Positions 39,801 through 56,864 of a DNA stretch of 64,000 nucleotides are shown here, piece after piece. The notes beneath the pieces are model-generated. The model had not been told where the DNA came from and ran no database searches. It saw only the letters and a list, made by a program, of their open reading frames with translations. The stretch is from Dicyema japonicum (Eukaryota > Animalia > Dicyemida), in NCBI GenBank assembly GCA_011109175.1, contig RDEW01000048.1, forward strand, positions 333,445 to 397,444. The letters run 5' to 3'. Position 1 is the stretch's first letter; every line of letters starts with the position of its first letter. Position numbers and translations under genes: made by a program.

Positions 39801-40811
39801 GCCACAGTCATTAGAAACCTTGAAAGGGACATTATGAGTTTTAAGAAGGAGGTCGAAGAGAGAGATGACGTAATTCAGGACAAGGTTAATATGGGAGTCA
39901 TTATTTGCAGGAGAAGAAGATTTACGACATAAAGAAGAAAAACCAAGAACTAGAAAAGTTCAAATTTGTGTTGGATTACAAAATCAAGGAATTAAAGAAG
40001 CAGATTGAACCAAAGGAGAACTACATAAAGGCAATGAAGGAACAAATTCAGGAAATGGAAGAGGAGTTGGAGAAGTTCAACAAACAGAATGCACAACTTG
40101 ACTTGAATTCCGTAAGTTTAACGGAAAAACTAAGAATTACTCAAAAGGAAATGTTGAAGGAACGACAATATGTAAATTACAACCTCACACAAAGGTCAGA
40201 GACAAGGAATTTGTGATCCGTAAATTTCAGACTGACCTTCATCGATGTATATCCTTCATCCAGGATCCCAAGGAACTCAAAGCAAAAGTTAAACAACTTT
40301 ACAAAAAGCACGCTCATGGCAATATTGTATGCCCACGTGTTAGTTGTAGTTGGAAGTGGCCACATTGGACTCTGACTTGCAGAACGAATACAACCGGCAA
40401 CGAGAACATTTGGAGAAGACCGTTCACTCTCTGCGGAAAAAGTTGGTGAAGGATGTGCAGCTAAACAGAGCCGACCACGTCAAGATAATACAGGTATGTC
40501 GGTAAAATAACGTTTTACGGAAAACGTGTGTTTGATAAAGGAAATAAATGATTTACGAAAAGAATTGAAGATTGCTCTCACTCAAATACACGATTTGGAG
40601 GTGGCCCTGGGAATACACAGAAACCAACAAAACAAGGATTCTGCCACAACACTCGCAATGATAGCTGCTTCCACCAAGAATGCCATTTTGGAGAAGAATC
40701 TGATTGAGGCCGAGAGACAGATTCATTTACAGTACACACAACTCAATCAAGTATTCTCATTATTTATTATAGCCATTAAACACCAATCTCCCAAATATTA
40801 AGTCAACGTAA
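36846..40811 (+). CDS. CFAP57: Cilia- and flagella-associated protein 57 (WDR65): WD40 plus coiled coil, many tiny introns
   Basis: [22 protein letters not shown]|[94 protein letters not shown]. Confidence 0.93.
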
Positions 40812-40849
40812 TTACTAATTATCACACTCTTAATTAGGTTTTCATAGGG

Positions 40850-41450
40850 AAAACTAATTATTTAACAAAATCTGTTATAGGCATTCCTCCATTAAATAAT
40901 ATTCACGTCTGCTCCTATAATTAAATCTGACACCCACAAATAATTATCTGCAATGTCGAGAACGTACAATTCACATTTTTGGAAAGTAATATTCCCATCA
41001 AAGAAATGTCTGTTTCCTCCTTTGTTTTTATCAATATTGTCCACAATTACAATGAGAGACCTTAATTGGACAACAATTTCATTTTTTCGTTATAAATCTG
41101 TTGTTTCAGATGGTAGTTGATAATATTCCTCGTTAAATAGGCATAACAAGAGTACCTCATTTTGTAAATAGGAATATTTGATTCGACAAATGCTTTCGTA
41201 ATTTTATTGGCCAACTTATATGATCACCGGAAGTTTTAATAGAAGTATTAGGTGCTTTTAACAGACTTCATGTCATCTAAAAATACTTTTTCCAGATACC
41301 TTAAGGTTTTATCAGCAAATTTTTTCAAATGTTAATTACAAATTTGAACAAAAAATTCTAAATTGACTACAAATTCAGAATATTTATTTGCATAAAAATG
41401 AGCTTTCTGAGTTAGTGAACTTATACACTCAACTATCAAGATTAATAAAC
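40850..41450 (-). mobile_element. hAT/CGGBP1-like transposase relic
   Basis: ITKAFVESNIPIYK and YQLPSETT (cf. AF..ANIP..K and LP.E.TLR). Confidence 0.45.
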
Positions 41451-41699
41451 ACCTGTCGAGTAAAATTATTATTATTTTTATTTAATTAAATTAAAATTTA
41501 TTGAACCAGAAAACCACAGTCATAGCCAGAATGAAAAATTAAGGTGATCCCGGCCTTCTCAGCAGTCTTTGCATGCTTGGAGTTGAAAGAAGTGGCGTCC
41601 AAGAGATGGTTGTTGACTAATGGTCATTTTTGGATATAATTTAGGAGATATCTGGCGCCACCAGAGATGGTGAACCACACGACGCATGCTAATAATTCA

Positions 41700-41800
41700 A
41701 GCTCCTTGGAACTAAAAGGGAAGAGGAGGAACAGAAGAATCAAATAAAAAAACTTAAATTTAAGTAGCAACACGTTGGCGCCAGACGGCACCATAATTGT
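41700..41800 (-). mobile_element. RTE-like ORF end plus pyrimidine-rich 3' UTR (diverged copy A)
   Basis: AVWRQRVAT-stop followed by TCTGTTCCTCCTCTTCCC; related to 42500-42640. Confidence 0.3.
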
Positions 41801-42429
41801 AAAAAATGATATTTTGATATTAAAAAACAATTAGCTATTTTTCTGTTGCCTTAGTTATTACATATTATATTGATGAATAGGTTTGAAACCACAAACCATC
41901 ACTAAGAACTGCTTAAAAGCCTCAAGAAAATCAACAATGTTCATCTTTTCAACGAAAGAAACGAGGATCAAACCACAAGTCAACTTGAATGACTTCCAAA
42001 TCCTAACCAAAGTAAACCCCTTTATCCTCGCAGTTACCCTTGATCCATTTGTGTCATTCATACACCTATTAAACCTGGTAGCTTCGAGGATATAAAAAAA
42101 GATGGTAATGCTGAAGATTTTTCGCATTCATAGGTATCTCAACCCGTTTACTGAGCATCAAATTGATCTTCTCGCTATTAGCATATAGTAAATTAGAACT
42201 GATATAGAACCGATGCCCTAGTCTTATTTCGATTCCCGAATGGAATACAATTTGTTACTGAGTATTATTATTAATTAACCCCGGACACACCGAGAAAGAA
42301 GTTAAAGTAAACAACTAATTAAGTGTATCCAGTTTCCACTTCTACAGAAACAGAGTCCATCCGGAATCAGCATAAAGGGTAAGACGTCCATTACATGCAG
42401 TCGTGGAAACCCCTCCAGTGGAGTGGGGA

Positions 42430-42640
42430 AGAGCAAATGATCCTTTTTCATGCCGGCCTGGCACTGGGCGTCACCTAGACAGGTGGATCACATGACGCCA
42501 TTCTATTGGGAAGAGAGAGGAGGAACAGACAAGTAAGCAGAAAAATTAAACTAACTAACCACGCAGCACCACACGGCGCCACGCGGCAAAATCCTCGTTA
42601 CTGAGAATGCTAAACGTGGTGGTAATTAATTATTACTTGA
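42430..42640 (-). mobile_element. RTE-like ORF end plus GC-rich structured 3' UTR (diverged copy B)
   Basis: AAWRRVVLRG-stop, TCTGTTCCTCCTCTCTCTTCCC, and a GGCGTCA...TGACGCC stem. Confidence 0.3.
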
Positions 42641-43073
42641 AAGAATAACGAGATATAAAATTCTGAAGTCTCAGATTATGGAATCCTCCCCAACATATGA
42701 AAGGAAATTATTCCCTTTATATCAATGCAGGATCCCAAGACTAAGTGGGTAATAAATGTTAATTCTGTTTTATGTATATTAGTCATATTAGAAAATAACC
42801 TAGTACCTCTTCTATTGCACAGTATTTTAGTATCAAATATAGGATCTCATAAGGTTTTGTGATTTCACGGAAATAGAAAGGAGTACAATAGAAACAGGTC
42901 AGTTTAACCTATTTCCACTGATTGGGCCAAACAGCTTTACAAATACTCTAAAATATTATTATCAACCAAAGAAGAATGTTGAGTTCTAAATATTCTCCAG
43001 TTGCAGCAAAATACATGAAATGTATAACATAGTGTTAGATAAGGTTTGGTAAAATTATATAAATAAAAAATAA

Positions 43074-43743
<670 letters not shown>

Positions 43744-44799
43744 TTTATTCACTTTTGGCTTATTAATATATAATTTTGGATATTAATAAGGACGACTTAT
43801 TCATTGGGCAAACAACCAGTTTATTTAGTCAATGTTTGACTGCGCAAATTACGATTCCCTCCCTTCTTTCTACATAGACTATCCACCATCCGGAAACCGC
43901 CAACAGAGTAATCAGTTTTAATTTCGAGTTTAAGCGCTTCTAGCTGAACAAACTCATAATGGCGACAAGTCCTTCAACTTACCTATGACATCCTTCTCAG
44001 ATATCTCGATAATGAAAAAACATGCTGACTTTATGTCAAATGAAAAAAGCAGTAGAGGTCTCCTTGTATATCAGGGATCTCTTAGTTATATAGTTTTTTC
44101 TTTCTAACCAATTAATCCTGTAGGAATATATTGAATAAATAAACAGCACTTTTGTTGGATGATTCGTTATCGATCTTACAGTCACCTGGTACTGTCTCCG
44201 GAAACGTCTATCAAAGAACTCAATTGGAATATCTTACTTTAAAGCCAATAAAAGTTCCTATGCACGGAAAATTGCGTTCATGAAAAAATTTTTTGTTTAT
44301 TTCTGAGAGGAAAAAATCGCAACTGTCTTTCCTTGCTGATTCTTCCCTAAGAAAGAAGTGGAGGGAGATTCTCAAGAGAAATAACAAGTTCTGTTTTTCC
44401 ATAATCAAAAAACTTGTTAGTTTAGTCCGCAATTGTTGGAGGGCTCTTCTTTACTATTACTTTTAAAACATTCCATATTTGAATTCTATTCGTCAGGCTT
44501 TTCTATTAAGTCAATAGCCTGTCGCAGCCGGTTCCAAGAATTTTTGAATTCTTTGTGCATGAAATTGTGGTATTGTCAGTACTTACCTTATATCACAAGT
44601 TAATATTTTTGTGATTTTTATATATCGACAATTTTGTTGATAACCAGTCTTATATAAAATGTGGATAAACCTTACCGGGGATCTATCCTTTGTGACGGTA
44701 ACATCATTCGCATATGTCAAAAGAAGATTAGGAGATGGAGAATTTAAATAATATTAATGGAGAACTCTTACTCTATTTGGCAATAGGGAGATTTATTTA

Positions 44800-45133
44800 A
44801 AACCAAAAATCACCGACTTAATTGTCAGCTGCGTATAAAGGTGGCTTAACTTTGAGTATAAACAGCCTTTTTAGTATCCAAGACTTGTTTCTACAATGTT
44901 TAGTTTTTTTAGGAAGAGGAAATGACGTTGCTGATATGCTTTCTAAATTTCATAAGGGGGCCGTATGCGATCCCAGTATTTTGATAAAGTTAGTGGAGGG
45001 AATTGACATTCCATTAAGGGTCAAAAAGGTTCCGAGTTTGTTAGTCTTCCATTTGAAATAAAAATCATTGTGCTAGACTTTTCAAGAATTGTGTGTGATA
45101 GGTTTATCATAAGCCAACAGCTCAAGTTGTCCA
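44800..45133 (-). mobile_element. LINE RT-thumb fragment (same family as 24920-25133)
   Basis: About 210 bp direct alignment with ~85% identity by eye. Confidence 0.75.
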
Positions 45134-45337
45134 GTTCACATATTGGGTTGATTTGTATTATTCAATATACTCTCGTAATCCGTAAAAAAATTACATAATG
45201 TTGGAGTAAATGCATTGTAATGAGACTGAATGATCATAATGTACTACATATTTAATATAAATAATTATAAGGTTTTACAGAGAATGGAGGTTTACAAAAA
45301 ATAGACACAAAGGCATAACTAAAAAAGTTAATATGTA

Positions 45338-45435
45338 CGTAATAAAGAATTAGAAAATTTAAGAATCACGTGGTCAAAACTATTATCTTTAAGCAGTTTG
45401 ATAGATGAGCCAATAAAGATAACAGTCAAGCATAA
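45338..45435. repeat. ~95-bp direct repeat, left copy flanking the R4-like element
   Basis: Aligns with 49290-49380 (CGTAAT.AAG.ATTAGAAAATTTAA...CACGTGGTCA.AACTATTATCTTTAAG...AGCCAATAA.GATAACA.TCAAG). Confidence 0.85.
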
Positions 45436-45439
45436 TTAA

Positions 45440-48400
45440 AGTAGTTTTTTGTAGACAAACAAAAAGAGTTGGTTAACATTAAATTCCATTTCGACAAGTA
45501 CTCCGACATGCAAACGTGACAAAGCATTTCAATTTTAAATGACTCAAGTGGTGTTTATAGTATTTGCTCACGACTCCATCCCAAGTAAGGACTACTGGGA
45601 CCACGTGAACTTTCGCTTTGTGTATAATCCCCATCTCACTTGCGAGAAGATCGTACTTGCGGCCTTTCTCCACTTCTACATGTTTCAAAGAATCTTGGGA
45701 GGTTATTCCCACTTCTATTAGCGTTATTATGTTCTTGATTTTGTCACACACGAAAATATCCGACTTGTTATATTCTCGTATCCGTAGCTATTGTTGTGTC
45801 AACGCGAATTTCCACAAGTTCAGTTACAACCGTTGTTTGCACTGAATGAGTCTTTAGTCTTTTCGATTTCTTTATTCCATACTTCCTGCACAGGTGTAAG
45901 TGTATGCACCTGACGACCTTATTATGACGACGTAAGTAGTCACTATTGAGCATTCTCCCACACCTTATTGCCAGATGATGCACTGTTTTTTTTCGCTCAT
46001 CTGTTCAATTTCAATGAGTCCTATATAATAATTATATAGAGAAGTCGCATGCTCATTGATTGCCTTGAAGAAATTGACACTATTCAGTTTAGTCTTTGTA
46101 AGATTCACGCTCATATTCTCCACTTCTGCATAAATAGACTTCATCACATTAGTCTTCACGACGTTACTATATTTGTCTTCTAATACGCCAAGATATCGAT
46201 AACCTCAAGACCGTCAAGTAACATAGCTTTTTCAACCAACAATCAACATTTGTGGCTGATTTGTCGATATTAGGCTCCAGTCCAGCCACATCAAAAAATT
46301 TTCCAACTTGGTTCATCATTCTTAGCATTGTGTCATAAGATATTAATTTAAGATCATCCGTAAACAAAAAGTGGTGAGTAGCATAGGTAAGAGTATTTCC
46401 CTCAGCATCCATGGTCACTTTAGGGTATTTACCATTCAATAGTCGACTCAGCGGATCAATCAATAATACAAATAACTGTGGGGATAAGGAATCTTCTTGT
46501 AATATTCCCCTTCTTAGATTCACCACACCAAACAATTTTCCATTAAATTTAAGTTGGAATGTCCACATTTTCATAAGTTTTTTTTTATAAACGTAATAAT
46601 CCATAAAGGTAGTTCAGAGTTTTCTAAAACTTCGTACAGAAAGCCATCTTACATCAATCCAAGTCGAGCGTAAATTGGCTGACTGTTTGTTAATAGTTAA
46701 CCAATGCTTGTTCTTTCGCACCCTGACACATTCTACGAGTTCCTAACTGGTTATCACTAATTAGATCGAATGCTTCAATATATTTGCTCAGCTTCACCCA
46801 CATTCACCCACTTTGTTGTCAATTTATAGAGGTTAGACATGTACGTGATCGGTCTAAGGTCCTTCGGAATGTCACAAACTTCTTTCTTTGGAATAAAGTA
46901 AGTGACACCAGTATAAAACCATGACTCAGGAGTCGATTATAACCTTTTCTATTTCTTGGTATTTATAATCATGGAGGGACGTAATCTTCTTAATAAAGAA
47001 ATTGTAGATCCCATCACAGCCGCACGCTCTTCAATTTGGCAAAAGTGGATTATTCTGTCACATGGGCGGCGCGTAACGCATGGGCAGCCTGTTACATTTT
47101 TTTCGACCTTGAAAAGGTCTTTTGATTATCCGACATTTGATTTTGTATATCTGATTTATATCGTGATTTAATCCTGTTAAATTAGTTTTTTATTCATAAA
47201 TGTTATGATCATAAAGATTTTATTTTTTTTATAGCGGTAAACCTAGATTTCTAGCGTGATTTATAGCATGGAAGATTATTTTGTTGCAATGGCTTCTTAC
47301 AAGGGTTTGTGAAAAATTGCGTTGAATATCAAACTTTAAAAGATGCTTTGCATGATAATTTTCCCGAAAATCTTCCGAGGCATCGAAAATATAGGCTTGT
47401 AAAGAAGATAGAGAATTTTTCTATTATCTATGACAGGTATTGTAAATTTGCAATAATTTTAGACTGTATCTTAAATCAACTGATTCTAAGTTAGTCATAT
47501 CTCTGGATAATGAAACCGAAATGGACCATGTTGCGAAATCGTTGCACGAGTTTTCACACGGAGGAGTCAATAAAATTGAGCATGAATGTCGACAAAGATA
47601 CTTCACTGTAAAGAATGAGATTATCAGAAAAGTCATTCGAAATTGTGAAGTCTGCAAATTTTCGCGTCCTTTAAAAGTTCGTGATTTTTTATAATTGTAG
47701 ATTGGAGATATAAATCACCATTTGTATGCTTCTTCTCCAAATGAACGTTTTCAGGTAGATCTAATAGACCTGAAAAAATTTTCAACATTAAATGAAAATT
47801 TCAAATGGATTTTAACGGTCATTGACATATATAGTAGAAAGATATCGAGGAATTAAGGGAATAAATTCAATAATTCATGGTTATACTTATATCACATTAT
47901 GACTTAGATAATTTAAGTGATGAGTGTGCGATTCCAGAACAAATTGACGATTTGGTTAATTGTTCGACTCCAGAATCTATTGAAAATTTATATCTAGATA
48001 ATTCCCAGTCAGATAATTTGTGTCTGAATGCGAAGAGATTCAATTTCGAAATTAAATCGATTGAAGAAAATTCTAATTATTACAAAGCTATGAGCAGGAA
48101 AATGAATGTTCATAATAGTAAATATACTTTAATGGGAAATAAAGTATGAATTAAAAACATTAATAAATAGGTTCGGGCTAAAAAGGACTTTGGAACAAAT
48201 GCCTCTAAGTTTGAGTCTCAGTATTATCCAGTTGCAGAAATAATTAATATTTTATCGAATAATCGCGTAGAGGTAGTTTTAAATAGTTTAATTTGATAGA
48301 TAAAAAATTCGAAAGGAGAAATATCGACTGTATTAATGAGTAGACAAAAAAAAGTTACTTAAATTTAATTTTTTGTGGTAATAAATCATTTATAAAATTA

Positions 48401-49290
48401 ATTGAAGTCAATCTTGGTTCAAGGTTAATGTAACAAGCAGCCATAGGTATCGCTTGGCCCATGTGACATATTCTCAGCAATCCTTCTTTCGAGAAGTCAG
48501 CATATATCTCCTCTTCCCCATTAATCCTTTTAGATATAGAGAATCCCACATCCTTATCCTTTTCCTTCCACATGTTTTTCAAAAAAGCTAAACATTCCTC
48601 GATCTCAAAATTGTATACAGAACTGCGGCCTTCCACTCTCATCTTCCTATAAAAAGCGCCTTCTATTAAGCTCAAAGCATAAATTGTCTCTTTGAAATTC
48701 CTTTCTCGACTTGTGCATCCTAATCTATTGATTGTGCACAACAATCTTTCCGGATCTCCTTTTTTGACTTCTTGTATGCATAAACACACAAAGCTTCTCT
48801 CGTTGAGTCATCATACTTCTGATTTCCCGATGACCCAACTAGTGCGCTGATTTTTTCTACGTGATTCTTTAGTTTTGTAAGTCGTCTATTTATTGATTTA
48901 GTCAGTCGCTCTCCTTGCAGTTTAGCAGTACAGTGCAGTTTGTTTCATAGCACTGTCTAGCATAAAGGATATCTGTAATATCTTTCATTGTATTCGGGGG
49001 CATACTATTGATATAGTATCCCACAGCATAATTCAATCCGGATAATATATCCTTTTTGAGAAACCGATAAGGAATTTTCCTGGTTGGTTTTCGTTTATCC
49101 CGGGAAATCGGCTTGATCTCTTGAATCCGGCATGAAAAACTCTTCCAAGCACTTAGTGAAACAGGCAATCTCCGACTTCTCGGCGCTCTGCCGATTTCCT
49201 CCTTGGTGACACGTAGTATTCTTTACATCACATTTGAGAAGTAATTTCACATTTGCCACAGATTTGGTGGTACTGAACCGCAATATATCC
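45440..49290 (-). mobile_element. Degenerate R4-like RLE retrotransposon interrupted by a nested insertion
   Basis: RRGILQEDSLSPQLF, FLFTDDLKL (RT). RRHNKVVRCIHLHLCRKYG, RVDTTI, LIEVGITSQD..VEVEKGRKYDLLA, VVLTWDG (RLE). The 5' part continues at 48350-49290. Confidence 0.8.
47230..48330 (+). mobile_element. Ginger/KRBA2-like DDE integrase transposon relic nested in the R4-like element
   Basis: H-x3-H...C-x2-C zinc-binding motif (LHEFSHGG...NCEVC), then SPNERFQVDLIDL...KWILTVIDIYSRK (rve core start); rest of the core deleted. Confidence 0.7.
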
Positions 49291-49380
49291 GTAATGAAGC
49301 ATTAGAAAATTTAATAAAACCACGTGGTCAGAACTATTATCTTTAAGATAAGCCAATAACGATAACAATCAAGTACAATA
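49290..49380. repeat. ~95-bp direct repeat, right copy flanking the R4-like element
   Basis: Aligns with 45338-45435. Confidence 0.85.
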
Positions 49381-49552
49381 TTAATATTAATTTTTAATAA
49401 TATTTAATTGTAATAATATTTAATTGTAATAAAACTAAATTCCCAATACAATTTCATGCAGTTAGACCCTTTGCCACTGAAAATATGTGTTAAATATTAC
49501 GTTAAGGGCAATATAAATATGGTTGACTTGCGGTTTATCGTCAACGGTCATA

Positions 49553-50912
49553 ATGGTATTATTATTATTTTACACGATTCTCTCCATAAATTCACTTAAA
49601 TTCACACACTTACCTAACTTTGAGACAATCACAAACAATAACATTAAAGTGGAATGCAAAACTGATTATAAATCAGCAAAGTCTTAATTCCCAGTTATAT
49701 TTAGAATTCGGTGGAGGCTCAACGGCATTAATAGTTCCAAACCAGTCCTCACCTTTACTAGAGGACAAATTGGGGAATTTCAATGCATTGCCTCAAATGG
49801 TAATGACACAATTTATTCTCCCATGTTAAAACTAATAAAACCAAGTATTTGTAATCTACATTAAGAATCAATCGATAAGCCTGAGTTTATATTCCAATTC
49901 AATTCCCGTGGACTCGTCTTCAAATATTCTCAACTCTCGACTGGTTATATTTACAAAGATCAGGTGGAGTGCACAGGAAATGCACAAATTATGGATGATA
50001 GTAATAATATTTAATTTATCAAGAATATGCATATATTATGGAATATCATGAAACTATTGAATGTCATGTAAAATCACTAAACATCACTACTGCTATATAT
50101 AAGGTTACTCCCTCTTTTACTGATTGTATTAATATAAAATATGTTTTCATAGTCTAAGATGATTTACCCCCACGTGGAGCCTCACTTGTTGTATCAGACG
50201 TAGATTCAGGGATTTGTGTGTCGAGCAACTGGTTGAATATAAATGTAATAAACAGTGACAATTCCAGAATATTTATAAACAAAATAACATAATAACTGAA
50301 CTTAAAAACATCGAAAGTGGTTATTACACGTGCATGGATTGTAATGGGGAAGAACGTCCTTTTCAATTGACCTTTGAAGGTTTAATGATGAGTAATTAAG
50401 AATCTGTTAAAATACTTATTAAATTTGACAAATACACAAAAGTTAATGAGAAATTGTTACAATTGGAATGCCCCACAACGGAACCTCTACAAACATTCGT
50501 TGGTACTTTGACACTGAAAGAAATGGTAGAATGTAAAAAACTAAGAAATAAAAAATACTCGTCAAAAAGAATCGATTATTCTAGAATATGATGAAATATT
50601 TTCTTATGGAAGTGATACAAGACTGGTCTCTTGTTTCGTAATGAATCGTGACTCAATGGACTACAGAGAGACTATGCTGGAGAAAAGTTATACAAACAAA
50701 TAATATTTAGAAGTCCAAGTAAACTCAAATAAATTAACAGAGAGATTACTTGAGAATTTACGTACTGCTTTTATAGTGATGACAGTAATATTGTGTGTGA
50801 TTATATTAATTCTCATTACTTTTAGTAATCAGTATTTATTATATTTAGTTTGGAAAATATCATCACAGAAAAAGAAAATACACAGAGAGACTCAGTTCAA
50901 CACTTTTTGTAA
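49553..50912 (+). CDS. Immunoglobulin-superfamily type I membrane protein (signal peptide, at least 2 Ig-like domains, TM helix, short tail)
   Basis: MVLLLFYTILSINS signal. VEC...|IRWRLNG...GEFQCIASN (Ig C-W-C). ESGYYTC (second Ig F strand). TM TAFIVMTVILCVIILILITFS. Introns 49681-49704, 49845-49865, 50001-50023, 50380-50400. The middle exons need frame corrections. Confidence 0.72.
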
Positions 50913-50949
50913 TTATTAATATAACACATTTATTCTAAAATAATATTAT

Positions 50950-51800
50950 TTCCAATTAAACCTGCAAACTAAGGGACTACGTCACCAACTCTCCATGTGG
51001 TTAATCAATAACCATTTACTCCAGAGACATTCACTTATTAGTTTCTTTGTTTTCACCGTGGTATACTTAAGAATATAAGAGGTACAAAACGTTGAAATGT
51101 CCTCAATAACAAAATGTAGTGCTATTAACTTGTCTATGCCTCATACAATACTATAGTGTAGTGGTTCCACCTTAAGGTGCTCGCGGAACCACTCCAATTC
51201 AATTATTAAAATTTTCACTTAAAACATAATCGTAATAACCGAAAACAATTTTAATGTGAACATTAACTTTTTATTATAGTTGTGTAACGTTAGGAGTTAT
51301 TGTTGACAATTATATCCTCAAATCAGGAAAGATTTGGTAGACGTATATATTGAAAACCCCGACTCGCATGAGTAAGTAGCTGGAAGAGGTAAAAGTGTAC
51401 TGCATATAGCCTTTTCTGAGATATCAGGATATTTTGAAATGTATGCTCTCCAAATATTAAAAAGGGATTCATTTTATATATCTGATTTGAGGTTGATTCT
51501 GATGTCAAAGCAATAAGCATATTCAATTGATGTTAGATTTGCTGGTATTACTTGGAATACATTTCGTACCCAATCGTCATCAAATATATCCGGAAAATAT
51601 TTTGCAATGTTGTCATCCAAAATTACCAAATGATGCTCTTGCAGAACGGCATAGCATGTAATGTTATTTTATTTACGGAAGACCATCAAAATTTGTTCGC
51701 CATAAATACACTTGATGATCTTTTATGCCTTTATAAGATTTTCGGCAATTGTATGTGCCTCTCCACAACGTGCTGTAAGAGAACTCACCTGTTTAATTAA
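50950..51800 (-). mobile_element. hAT/CGGBP1-like transposase relic
   Basis: Scraps resembling the AF..NI..K..N..L..F and SD.APY motifs; similar to 40850-41450. Confidence 0.3.
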
Positions 51801-51829
51801 AATAATTGTAGATTCATCAATATTCTTTT

Positions 51830-52075
51830 GAGCGCTACGCGACCAATTCGCGTTTTATCCGATAGTGGTCGAGACAACTGGAAAAATAAGTGGAAAATCG
51901 CTTCGCTTCCTCAAGAACTCGGACGCTTAGTTACACTAAAAAGCCACGACGCACGTGAGACCCGGTGGCTACTCCAGTTGATCTCTGTTGCAATCGTAAG
52001 AAGCAACGCAACGTCGATAATGTCGGCGGGATCCACTTTGGATTGATGGCAGTTTTAAATAAAAGATTAATTAAA
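51830..52075 (+). mobile_element. 3' scrap of a second CRE-like element
   Basis: ELGRLVTLKSHDARETRWLLQLISVAIVRSNATSI parallels the RLE end at 10045-10250. Confidence 0.7.
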
Positions 52076-53413
52076 TAATTTATGATAAATTTCGCGGAAA
52101 TATAAAACTGTTGGGAACCACTGCTATAGTAAATTGTTGGATCCTCTATGAAAAAATTGTTCGTTAGAAAATTGCTTAAAACTTTAAAAAAACACATCAG
52201 ACTTTCGTAAAAAGAAAGACTGCATTTGCATAGGAATGTTTGGGAGGAGATTGTGCTCAGTCTTTTTCATATAAAGATGTTAGTGAAATTTAAGGCTGGT
52301 TGGAAAATAGACTGTTCCCATTAAGAAAATTCACTTGGCACTATTTACGTCAGCGAAAAATAATTATTTCGATAAGAAAGAATAGTCAACTTAGCTTTGA
52401 ATGGCAATATCTCTCCCGATTAAAGAGATCATATTCTGAGACATGTTTAAAAAGATACCTAAATATTGTCGGGATAATCAACCAGTCCTATGGATTGCGT
52501 TTCATCCTACTCTTCGATGAATATTTAATTCCGTCGTTTTTTGGAGCCCAAGACTTCTTTAAACCTTTCCTCTTTTCTATTACTATTGAGAAAATAACAA
52601 AACTTGCTGTCTTCTCTCAAACTATTGTATCTGGATGATGCACTTCTTGAGGTTCCCAGATGTTGTCACTTTTGTATGAAGCTAGCGGTTCGGTACCACC
52701 AATGACAGGGACAAGTGTGGAATTATTAACTGTGGACATTCGATATCGATTTTCCCAAGCCCATTGTTCTTTCCATTCGTTGTTGTCAGGGAGTTTTTTC
52801 TTGATTCTTTTTTGACTAAAAGTGCGATGGAGAAAGTGATATTTAACAAATCCTCTTTGTCCATGGCTTCTTGACCATTACACTGCTTGGTTTCTACTGA
52901 GGTAAAGTCTATCTATCCAATTGACGTCGACCATCTACTAAAATCTATCCCCGTGACTATTCATCACTCTAACCTTTCTAAGATTTGCAACGGAGTCTGG
53001 ATGATGTTTCATGCCGAAGGGTTTTCGATAAGCTACTTAAATCCTCAAATCAACACTGTCGTGCATATCTGTTGTACAGAGAATCTCTTAAATAGGAGTG
53101 GCTTAAAAGAGTTTTGGAGCTAGCTACGAGCTGAATTCCTTCGCCTTAGACTGACGATCTGTCTATCATAAACAAAGTCAAATCTTTGACATTACAAGAG
53201 GTCAATTGAATGTTTTATCCATGGACGCAATAATAATGTCATTGGCATATAAGAGGATCGTTTTCTGGGTTGTTGTGACCATCCAATAAGCAGATTCGTA
53301 GCCAGTTGAATTAATGATTAATCTTTTGGCTTTATTTTGACAATAATAATTATTTTTTAATAAAATAAATTATTTAAATTATTTAAATATTTTAACGATT
53401 AATAAACACGTGA

Positions 53414-56864
<3,451 letters not shown>

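Noticed and set aside
41770-41790. TGGCGCCAACGTG on the minus strand resembling a tRNA-Lys primer-binding site
   Set aside because: No LTR end (CA) upstream and no gag-pol downstream; better explained as W-R-Q codons of an RTE-like C-terminus, as at 42580.
41858-42127. ARIKGFTL resembling the C-terminus of Polinton protein-primed DNA polymerase
   Set aside because: One short motif, no other pPolB motifs or Polinton genes nearby.
42440-42500. GGCCGGCATG matching the first bases of the HDV ribozyme
   Set aside because: No complementary P1 3' strand or P3/L3 motif at the required spacing.
52200-53300. Possible Tc1/IS630 transposase scraps and an ILLYANDIII RT scrap
   Set aside because: Too decayed to delimit or classify with confidence.
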